A stretch of 64,000 bases of DNA, from positions 32,001-96,000 of IMG/VR virus record IMGVR_UViG_3300033150_001569; one strand, given 5' to 3'. The notes under the pieces were generated by a model that worked only from the letters and a program-made list of their open reading frames with translations, searched no databases and was not told the origin of the DNA. This document shows, piece by piece, positions 9,618 to 17,640 of this stretch. How positions within the stretch are numbered: position 1 is the first letter of the stretch; each line of letters begins with the position of its first letter. The DNA is from a virus. The position numbers and the translations under genes were made by a program.

Positions 9618-9983
9618 ATGAATAATGAAGATATGAGAGAAATATTTGATAAAGATTTAATTGAATATAATTTTTATACAATTGAAAAAAATAAAAAGAA
9701 AAAACAAATATTATATGATTTAAATTTATTAGGAGCACAAGGTTGGGAATATTGTGAAAGATTAGATACTGATACAATTTTATTAAAAAGATTAAGAAAT
9801 TTTTTAACAATGATTAATGAAGCTAGAGATATTTTGGATGGTAAAGAAGATGAAAATTTACCTATTGAAAATATTAAATATTGTACTGAGGATTGTAAAT
9901 TTTTTGATGTTAATCATGAATATTGTACTAAATTAAAACAACAAAGTGTTTATGGAAGTCCTTGTATGGAGGAATTAAAATGA
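9618..9983 (+). CDS. hypothetical protein (DUF4177-like LNxLGxxGWE motif, Cys-rich C-terminus)
   Basis: LNLLGAQGWEY; C..C..C..C cluster. Confidence 0.6.
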   Translation: MNNEDMREIFDKDLIEYNFYTIEKNKKKKQILYDLNLLGAQGWEYCERLDTDTILLKRLRNFLTMINEARDILDGKEDENLPIENIKYCTEDCKFFDVNHEYCTKLKQQSVYGSPCMEELK

Positions 9984-10225
9984 ATGATATAATTGATTTT
10001 GATAAATTAAATAATGAAATTAAAAATTTATTTAATAAAATAAGAAGTACTAAAGATATTGATGAAGGAGTATGTGCAGATAAATTTATTTTACAAATTT
10101 CGAGATATATAGATAAAAATAAAGAAGAAAATTTAAGTATTAAATCATTTTATGAAACTAATAAAGGTAATAATAAAACAGCTTATCAATTAGTAAAGTT
10201 TAATGATATTTCAATGGATGAATAA
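9980..10225 (+). CDS. hypothetical protein
   Basis: GGAGG SD before ATG 9980, with ATGA overlap. Confidence 0.55.
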   Translation: MNDIIDFDKLNNEIKNLFNKIRSTKDIDEGVCADKFILQISRYIDKNKEENLSIKSFYETNKGNNKTAYQLVKFNDISMDE

Positions 10226-10227
10226 AT

Positions 10228-11445
10228 ATGGATGATAAAATTAAATATAAAATTTTTCAAAAATTTTTAAAATTTAAATATATAGAATCTATATTAAAAC
10301 AATTTCCAATTGATAGAGCAGATATGGGCGAAGAAGCAATGTATGATGAATTAATTGATTTTGAATTAGAATTATATGAAGCATTACAAACAGAATTTTC
10401 AAAATTATCTAAAGATTTTCAAAAATTAGAAAGTGATGCTTTTTTTGAATTATATAATGAAGAAAATATAGAAGCTGTACCATTAGTAGGAGGATTTGTT
10501 TTGGGTGTTGCTGCTTTAGATATATTTCATAATAAAGCAAATGCTTATTTAGGAACAGATTTTTTTATTAATATAAAAGATAAATTAAATGGTAATATGT
10601 TGGGAATGTATAATGAAGCATCTTCAAGAACTATTAATGAAATAGTTGCTAAATTACCTAGAGGATATAAAACTGATGGAAAAAATTATCTTAAAAATTT
10701 GCCAATTGATGATGTATTAGCAAGTGTTGATGCACAATATAGTAATTTTTTAACTGCTAATTATTTAGAAAATATATCAGGTAGAATATCAACTAGAGCT
10801 AATAAAATTTTAAATGAATTTGAAAGTAATATTGATAGAGTATTTGCTTTAAAACAAGATTTTTTAAATATTGATATTTATTCTGCTCCTTATTTATATG
10901 CCGCTTCTAGTACAATACAAAATTTAATTAGAAATAGAGCTATTGTTAATGTATATCAAAGAGCAAAAGTTACTACAGTAACATTTAATGCAGTTGGTGA
11001 TGATAGAACTTGTTTTCCAGAATTTGTTTCAGTTTTAACTTCTAATGGTAGAAAAAAAATTAAAGATATAAAAATTAATGATGAAGTATTAACACATAAA
11101 GGTAATTATAAAAAAGTTTTGGCAAGACAATGTTTCAATTATAATGATGATATTTATGAAATAAAACCAGAAAATAAAAAATTTAGAAATTTAAAATGTA
11201 CGAAGAATCATCCAATTTTAATTAAAAGAAATAATGAATATTATTGGATAGAAGCTAGAAATTTAAAAATTGGTGATATAATCATTAAATATAATTATTT
11301 AATTAAAAAATCAAAATGTAAATTTTGTGGAAAAGAATTTTATGCTAAATATTATTCTACTCATAAAAATTATTCATTATATTGTTCTTTAGATTGTTAT
11401 TTTAAAAGAAAAACTAAAAATATGATTGAAACTAAGTGTTGGTAA
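10228..11445 (+). CDS. MuF/SPP1-gp7-like head morphogenesis protein, N-terminal part plus N-intein
   Basis: FNAVGDDRT followed by intein start CFPEFVSVLT at 11011; block B CTKNHP; then a CxxCGK zinc finger and stop. Confidence 0.85.
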   Translation: MDDKIKYKIFQKFLKFKYIESILKQFPIDRADMGEEAMYDELIDFELELYEALQTEFSKLSKDFQKLESDAFFELYNEENIEAVPLVGGFVLGVAALDIFHNKANAYLGTDFFINIKDKLNGNMLGMYNEASSRTINEIVAKLPRGYKTDGKNYLKNLPIDDVLASVDAQYSNFLTANYLENISGRISTRANKILNEFESNIDRVFALKQDFLNIDIYSAPYLYAASSTIQNLIRNRAIVNVYQRAKVTTVTFNAVGDDRTCFPEFVSVLTSNGRKKIKDIKINDEVLTHKGNYKKVLARQCFNYNDDIYEIKPENKKFRNLKCTKNHPILIKRNNEYYWIEARNLKIGDIIIKYNYLIKKSKCKFCGKEFYAKYYSTHKNYSLYCSLDCYFKRKTKNMIETKCW

Positions 11446-11933
11446 AAGAATAAAACATATTAATAAATTTGATAATAAAGAAATTATTTTTAGTAGTTCT
11501 TGGGAATATAAATATGCATTATATTTAGAAAAAATAATATTAAATATATTTATGAATATAAAAGATTTAAAATAAAAAATAAAAATTTTAGAGATTATAC
11601 TCCAGATTTTTATTTAATAGATTCCGATGAATATATAGAAATAAAAGGAAGAAAAAAGAAAAAATTTGAAGAAAAATATATTATATTTAAAAAAGAAAGT
11701 CCAAATATAAAAATTAAAATATTATATCAAAATGATCTTAAAAATTTAGGAATTAAATTATGTTAAAATTAACAAAAGAAGAATCAAAAATAATTGATGA
11801 TATGTTAAAAAATAAGGTTTGTAGTGAAACTAAAATTAAAGAAATTAATAATAAAAAGAGAAATATTAAAGTTTATAATTTAGAAGTAGAAGACGATTTT
11901 ACATATAATGCAAATGATTATATTGTTCATAAT
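11011..11933 (+). mobile_element. split (fractured) intein with intervening degraded endonuclease
   Basis: IntN 11011-11445; IntC 11760-11933 (VYNLEVEDDFTYNANDYIVHN|T) with its own ATG and AGGA SD. Confidence 0.75.
11426..11766 (+). pseudogene. PD-(D/E)xK endonuclease remnant (frameshifted)
   Basis: FSSSWEYKYALYLEK, shift at the A6 run 11529-11534, then NNIKYIYEYKRF..YTPDFYL..YIEIKG..QNDLKNLGIKLC-stop; absent from the ORF track. Confidence 0.75.
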
Positions 11934-13427
11934 ACTGCTCTTTGTTTAAGTCTTAATCAAAGAGAATGGCAATTAACAGATATTTTAAATAAATTTGCAG
12001 AAGTTGATAATTTAGAATTACCTAGTGATGATTATAAAGAATCAATTAATAGATTAAAAGAAGCTCATCCATTTTTTAGATTTGATACTATAGCAGCAAG
12101 AGAAGGAAAAGATTCTATATATAAAGTTGATCGTGAAGGTAATAGAGATTATATAAAAGGTTCACGATTTGCTTATGATAGTGATACAGGAAAATATCGT
12201 CCTAATGTTAGTGATGATTATGTTGGTAATTTTATAGAAGCTGGAATTCCTTGTCCTCCGCTTCACAATTTTTGCTATCAGATAGATACGGAAGTTTATA
12301 CTAAAAGAGGTTGGTTATTATTTAAAAATTTAAAAGATAATGATTTAATTCTTACATTAAATCCAGAAACAAAAGATTTAGAATGGAGTAAAATTATAAG
12401 ACAAATATCATATAAATATAATGGTAAAATGATTTTATTTACAAATAATCAACATTCTTTAGATTTATGTGTTACTCCAGATCATCAACATTTTTATTAT
12501 AAAAGAGTAGATCATGCTACTAAAGGTAGATGGATGGAACCTATTTTTGCTAATTTTGAACAATTAAAAAAATCTGGTTCTGAAGTTATGTTTTATATTT
12601 CTAGTGAATGGAAAGGTGAAGATAAAAAATATATTGAAATAAATGGATTAAAATTAAAAACTGAAGATTATTGTAGATTAATGGGTTATTATTTATCTGA
12701 AGGTAGTACTAAAAAAGTAAGAAGTAATTCTGGTAATTATTATGCTCAAATAGCACAAGAAAAATTTATTAATAAAATGTATGAAGATATTAAAGATATT
12801 GGTTTAAAAAATATTACTAAAACAAAAGATAAAATACATATTTATGATATTAGATTTGGAAATTATGCAAAACAATTTGGTTATTCTTATGAAAAATATA
12901 TTCCAGAAGAAATTATGGAATTATCTCCAAATTATATAAGAATATTTTTAGATGCTTATAATTTAGGAGATGGTAGTATATTTATTAATAATAATTTTAA
13001 AGATTATCGAAAAGATATAAAATTTAAAGAATTAAAAAATTATTGTACAAGTTCTAAAAAAATTGCAAATCAAATAGGAGAATTAATATTAAAAGTTGGA
13101 AAATCTCCTAGTTTTAGAAAAGAAATGGTTAAAGGTAAAAAACAAAAATTTAGAAATGGTATTTATATAATTAATCATAATATTTATATTATTAATGAAT
13201 TATCATCTAAATATAGAAAACCAAGAATAATAAAAGAAATAGATTATAATGATTATGTTTATGATATAGAAGTAGAAAAAAATCATACGTTATGGGTAAG
13301 AAGAAATGGCAAAGCAGTTTGGTCAAGTAATTGTCGTTCTTGGTTAACAAGCACTCAAGAAACTTTTGATGAATTAGTTGAAACAATAGAAACAGAAAGA
13401 AAAAAAGATAATAAAAATTATATTTAA
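11760..13427 (+). CDS. MuF-like head morphogenesis protein, C-terminal part (C-intein, extein, second intein, extein)
   Basis: Splicing restores DDRT|TALCLSLN and PPLHNF|CRS, the two conserved MuF motifs. Confidence 0.85.
   Translation: MLKLTKEESKIIDDMLKNKVCSETKIKEINNKKRNIKVYNLEVEDDFTYNANDYIVHNTALCLSLNQREWQLTDILNKFAEVDNLELPSDDYKESINRLKEAHPFFRFDTIAAREGKDSIYKVDREGNRDYIKGSRFAYDSDTGKYRPNVSDDYVGNFIEAGIPCPPLHNFCYQIDTEVYTKRGWLLFKNLKDNDLILTLNPETKDLEWSKIIRQISYKYNGKMILFTNNQHSLDLCVTPDHQHFYYKRVDHATKGRWMEPIFANFEQLKKSGSEVMFYISSEWKGEDKKYIEINGLKLKTEDYCRLMGYYLSEGSTKKVRSNSGNYYAQIAQEKFINKMYEDIKDIGLKNITKTKDKIHIYDIRFGNYAKQFGYSYEKYIPEEIMELSPNYIRIFLDAYNLGDGSIFINNNFKDYRKDIKFKELKNYCTSSKKIANQIGELILKVGKSPSFRKEMVKGKKQKFRNGIYIINHNIYIINELSSKYRKPRIIKEIDYNDYVYDIEVEKNHTLWVRRNGKAVWSSNCRSWLTSTQETFDELVETIETERKKDNKNYI
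12273..13331 (+). mobile_element. intein with LAGLIDADG (DOD) homing endonuclease, 353 aa
   Basis: CYQIDTEVYT start, VTPDH, LMGYYLSEGS and FLDAYNLGDGS motifs, end KAVWSSN|C. Confidence 0.92.
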
Positions 13428-13456
13428 TAAAAATAAAGAATATAAGAGGTTTAAAT

Positions 13457-13621
13457 ATGTCAGAAAATGAAAAAGAAACAACTGAAAAGAAAGTTATTTG
13501 TGTTATCAAAACTTATGAAAAAAAATCTCATAAAAAAAGAAAACAAAATAATTCTCCTTTAAAATTTAAACCATTTGATATTGAAGTTATACAAAAATTA
13601 AAATTAAAATTAAAAAAATAA
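13457..13621 (+). CDS. small basic hypothetical protein (54 aa)
   Basis: GAGG SD; MSENEKETTEKK...KLKK fills the gap before the portal gene. Confidence 0.55.
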   Translation: MSENEKETTEKKVICVIKTYEKKSHKKRKQNNSPLKFKPFDIEVIQKLKLKLKK

Positions 13622-13636
13622 AGATATGAGGTTAAA

Positions 13637-15247
13637 ATGAGTAGAAAAAGAAAAAATAATAAACAAGTAGATAATAAATCTACTAAAATAAAAGAAGAAA
13701 TTATTGAAACTAAAAAAATATATAATGAAGAAGAATTTAATAAAGCAATTAAAAATTCAGATCCTAATTCAATAATGAAAGCATTTCTTATATCTGATGA
13801 AGGTGTAGAATCTAAACAATTAAAGGATGAATGGGCAGATTTAGAAATAGAAGATGCAGTAGTTCCTCCATATGATCCTGAAACATGGGCAGAATATTTA
13901 GAATTAAGCTCATCATTAAGATCATCAATAGATTCATTAGCATTAAATACAGTTGGATTAGGTTGGAATACAATTAGAAATAAAAAATTTGATAGATCAT
14001 TTGATGAAAAAGAAGAAAAAGCTTTTCAAAAAGAAAAACAAATATTAGATGAATTATTTGAATTTCCTAATCAAGAAATGCCTTTTTTAACAGTTACAAC
14101 ACGTATTAAAACAGATGAAGAAGCAACTGGTAATGGATATATGGAAGTTGCAAGAAATAGAAAAAATAAAATTAAAGCATTATATCATGTACCTAGTCAT
14201 ACAATGAGAGTTAGAAAAAATGGTGGATTTATTCAATTAAGAAATGGTGTTATTAGATATTTTAAAGATTTTGGTGATGAAAGAATAATTGATGCAGAAA
14301 CAGGATATGAAAATAAAAATATTCCTTTTGAAGAAAGGGCAAATGAAATAATACATTTTAAATTATATTGTCCTAGAGATTCATTTTATGGAATACCTAG
14401 ACATGCAAGTGCTCAATATGCAATTGAAGGTAATTATAATGCTGCTGAATATAATGCATCATTTTTTAAAAATGCTGCTACACCTAGATATATTATTTTA
14501 TGTGATGGTACTAATATTGATAAAGAATCAATTGAACATGTTAAACAATTTTTTCAAGCAAGTGGAAAGGGACCAAAAAATGCTCATAGATGTCTTATTC
14601 TTCAAACAAGTAAAAAAAGTTTTGCAGGTCCAAGTCAAGCAGATAAAGGACATATTAAGTTAGAACCAGTTACAATAGGAAAGACAGATGATGCTAGTCA
14701 TTTAAATTATCAAAAGAAAAATGATGAAGAAATAAGAAGTGTACATAGAATACCATCTATACTTTTAGGTATTCTTGAAGATGCAAATAGAGCAACTGCT
14801 TTAACAGCTATTGGAATAGTTAATCAACAAGTATTTTTACCAGAACAAGTTAGATATGAATATATAATAAATCATACACTTGTAAAAGATTTTGGATTTA
14901 AATATGCAAAATTTGAATTTGTCGATTTAGAATCTACTGATCCAGTTGAAAAAGCAGAAATTGATGAAATATATGCAAAAGCAGGTACATTATCAATTGA
15001 TGAAATAAGAAGTAGCATTAAGAAACAACCTTTTAATAAAACATGGTCTAAAATACCATTTGAGGTATTAAAGATATATCTTACATCACAGAGAGATGCA
15101 GAATTAAAAGAAAATGAAAATATGAAAGATGATGATGTTAAAAAAATTGCAGATATTAGAAAGAAAATTATTAAAAGTTTAAGAAAAGTTAATAAAGATC
15201 TTCAAAAAGATTTGAAAGATAAAAATATTGATGATTTATTTATTTAA
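13637..15247 (+). CDS. portal protein (PBSX/P2-like)
   Basis: VVPPYDP, DEEATGNGYMEV, NEIIHFK..DSFYGIP, FFKNAATPR, HRIPSILLG. Confidence 0.92.
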   Translation: MSRKRKNNKQVDNKSTKIKEEIIETKKIYNEEEFNKAIKNSDPNSIMKAFLISDEGVESKQLKDEWADLEIEDAVVPPYDPETWAEYLELSSSLRSSIDSLALNTVGLGWNTIRNKKFDRSFDEKEEKAFQKEKQILDELFEFPNQEMPFLTVTTRIKTDEEATGNGYMEVARNRKNKIKALYHVPSHTMRVRKNGGFIQLRNGVIRYFKDFGDERIIDAETGYENKNIPFEERANEIIHFKLYCPRDSFYGIPRHASAQYAIEGNYNAAEYNASFFKNAATPRYIILCDGTNIDKESIEHVKQFFQASGKGPKNAHRCLILQTSKKSFAGPSQADKGHIKLEPVTIGKTDDASHLNYQKKNDEEIRSVHRIPSILLGILEDANRATALTAIGIVNQQVFLPEQVRYEYIINHTLVKDFGFKYAKFEFVDLESTDPVEKAEIDEIYAKAGTLSIDEIRSSIKKQPFNKTWSKIPFEVLKIYLTSQRDAELKENENMKDDDVKKIADIRKKIIKSLRKVNKDLQKDLKDKNIDDLFI

Positions 15248-15258
15248 AGGAGAATAAA

Positions 15259-16056
15259 ATGAAGAATGAAAAAATTAAAAAAGATAATGTTAAAGATGAT
15301 GAACATTTAAGTTTTTTGTTTAGAGAAGATGAACAAGATGAAGAAATTAAAGATGATAATGAAAGTTTACTTAGTGAGGATGATGATAAAGATGAAATAT
15401 TAACAAATGCTTTATTTGGAATAGAAGATGATAATGAAGATGATAGTAATGATGATGAAGATAATAAAGATGATAACAAAGAAGATAATAAAGATGATAA
15501 CAAAGAAGATAATAAAGATGAAGATAATAAAGACGAAGATAATAAAGACGAAGATAATAAAGACGAAGATAATAAAGATGAAGATGAAGACGATGATAAA
15601 GAAAATAAAAATAATAATGAAGATGAAAATGAAGATAAAAATAATGAAAATAATACTAAAGATGATAACAAAGATGAAGAAAATAAAGATGATAATATTA
15701 CTATGACTTTAGAAGAAGCTAAAAAAATAATTGCTGAAGAAGAGGAAAGAATTAGACTTGAACAAGAAGAAAAGAAAAGAAAATTAGAAGAAGCAAGAAA
15801 ATTAGTAGAAGAAGATGAAGAAAAAAGAAAAAAAGAACAAAAAGAAAAAGAAGATAAAGTTTCAGAAGCTACATCACAAGTAGATGATAATAAAGATAAA
15901 ACTAAAGAAGATGATGCAGTTGATGATAAACAACAAAAAGACGATGATAAAACAGAAGAAGATCATCAAAAAGAAGAAAAAGACAAAAATAATAAAGATG
16001 ATGAAGATAATAAAAAGGATGATAAGGACAAAGATAAGGATAAAAAAGATGAATAA
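15259..16056 (+). CDS. extremely acidic low-complexity protein (scaffold/internal protein-like)
   Basis: D/E/K/N-rich tandem repeats plus a coiled coil; between portal and protease; AAGGAG SD. Confidence 0.7.
   Translation: MKNEKIKKDNVKDDEHLSFLFREDEQDEEIKDDNESLLSEDDDKDEILTNALFGIEDDNEDDSNDDEDNKDDNKEDNKDDNKEDNKDEDNKDEDNKDEDNKDEDNKDEDEDDDKENKNNNEDENEDKNNENNTKDDNKDEENKDDNITMTLEEAKKIIAEEEERIRLEQEEKKRKLEEARKLVEEDEEKRKKEQKEKEDKVSEATSQVDDNKDKTKEDDAVDDKQQKDDDKTEEDHQKEEKDKNNKDDEDNKKDDKDKDKDKKDE
15457..15579 (+). repeat. coding tandem repeat: 2 x 24-mer, then 5 x 15-mer GAAGATAATAAAGAY
   Basis: Read directly from the sequence; encodes EDNKDDNK and EDNKD units. Confidence 0.9.
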
Positions 16057-17527
16057 GTTAAATTATTTACCTATTCAAAAAATATTAAATAGTGATATTA
16101 ATATTAAGAAAACAGATAATAATTTTAATTGTAAATCTTCTTATGACAATTGGAAAACTGAAAATTTAAGTACAGATACAATATTAAACCAAATTAAACA
16201 AATAATTTCTGAAGATGAAAGATTTAGTAAATATAATTATGTTGCAATTTTAGATTATAATTCAAAATTAGAAGAATATTTTCTTAATAAAGAATTATAT
16301 AATACAATATTTTATTCAAATATTTTTCAGAAAAAATATGAAGATAATATAGTTTTAAAGTTTTTTAAATATTTTGGTGATGATTTTGCTGCTCAATTAA
16401 CTAGTTTTCAATTAAATTATAATGATGATATTTTATTATTATTTTTTAATGATAAAGAAATAATTTATAAAACTTTTTTTGAAGAAAGTAAATTTGAAAT
16501 TGATTATGGTAATTATCAATTATTGTTAACTCCTTTTGGTTATATTCTTGAAAAATTTAAAATAGGTAAAAATATTCAACCAATTTTAAATGAAAATATT
16601 TTTGATGATTTAAAAGAAGAAATTGATACTTTCTTTGAAAGTGAAGATTTTTATTTAAATGATGATAAAATATCAAGTGATTATAAGTCAGGTATTTTAA
16701 TTCCTGGACCTCCAGGAAGTGGTAAGAGTTTATCAATAAAATATCTTTTAAGTACTATTAAAGATTCATATAATATTTTTATGGATTCAGCCGATTTTTC
16801 TAGATCATTATATAATTTTATTAAAGGTAATTTTGATAATAATAAAAAGAAAATTTTTGTTGTAGAAGATATAGATAGTTTACATGAGTACGATAGATCA
16901 GGGTTTTTGAACTTTATGGACGGGTGCAAAACACTTAACAAGATTTTATTTATTGCTACAACTAATTATCCTAAAAAAGTAGATGAAGCATTAAAAGATA
17001 GACCTAGTAGATTTGATAAAATTGTAAGAATAGGATTTCCTTATTTTGAAACAAGAACTAAATTTTTAAAATATTATTTTCCAGAATTAAGTAATGAACA
17101 ATTAATTGATTATGCTGATAAAACTAAGGGATATACAGGATCATATTATAAATATTTATATGAATTACATAAAAAAAGAAAAATATCAGTAGAAGAAGCA
17201 ATTAAAAGAATAGAACATCAAAAAAGTATTTGTTGTGAAACATTTGAATATGATTTAGAAAATAATGATGATACTAAAGAAAGATATATAGAATCAATAA
17301 CGAAATCTATTCCAAAACCTAAAAATACTGAACAAGAACCAAAATGTGTTGAAGATGAAATAATAAATAAATTAAGAAATAAGGTTCCTAGAAAACCTGG
17401 TGAAAGTATTGATGATTGTGTTAGTAGAAATATTCCAATTATAAGAGAAGAATTTCCTGATATGGAAATGGATCAAGTAATTGCTATTGCTTATCAAACT
17501 TGTAAAAAACCTCCAGAAAAAGAATAA
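16049..17527 (+). CDS. AAA+ ATPase with C-terminal head-protein-like motif
   Basis: GPPGSGKS, VVEDID, ATTNYP..DEALKDRPSRFD. Start reassigned to ATG 16049; the upstream part of the 15884 ORF is a shadow of the repeat gene. Confidence 0.85.
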   Translation: MNKLNYLPIQKILNSDINIKKTDNNFNCKSSYDNWKTENLSTDTILNQIKQIISEDERFSKYNYVAILDYNSKLEEYFLNKELYNTIFYSNIFQKKYEDNIVLKFFKYFGDDFAAQLTSFQLNYNDDILLLFFNDKEIIYKTFFEESKFEIDYGNYQLLLTPFGYILEKFKIGKNIQPILNENIFDDLKEEIDTFFESEDFYLNDDKISSDYKSGILIPGPPGSGKSLSIKYLLSTIKDSYNIFMDSADFSRSLYNFIKGNFDNNKKKIFVVEDIDSLHEYDRSGFLNFMDGCKTLNKILFIATTNYPKKVDEALKDRPSRFDKIVRIGFPYFETRTKFLKYYFPELSNEQLIDYADKTKGYTGSYYKYLYELHKKRKISVEEAIKRIEHQKSICCETFEYDLENNDDTKERYIESITKSIPKPKNTEQEPKCVEDEIINKLRNKVPRKPGESIDDCVSRNIPIIREEFPDMEMDQVIAIAYQTCKKPPEKE

Positions 17528-17566
17528 TCTATATTATTTAATTCATTAAATAAATCTTAATAAAAT

Positions 17567-17603
17567 CAATTCTAAAATAGAAAATTCTTAAAACAATTAT
17601 GAT
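17567..17603 (+). promoter_or_regulatory. putative late promoter motif, copy 2
   Basis: CAATTCTAAAATAG, then 17 nt and TATGAT, upstream of the protease gene. Confidence 0.65.
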
Positions 17604-17640
17604 ATATTTGTATGTATAAATTTATTAAGGATGAATTAAA

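Noticed and set aside
15240-15706. Ser/Leu-rich minus-strand ORF (15240-15671) and Met/Ile/Lys-rich ORF (15428-15706)
   Set aside because: Both are shadow frames of the GAAGATAATAAA repeat gene; the same applies to the first 55 codons of ORF 15884.
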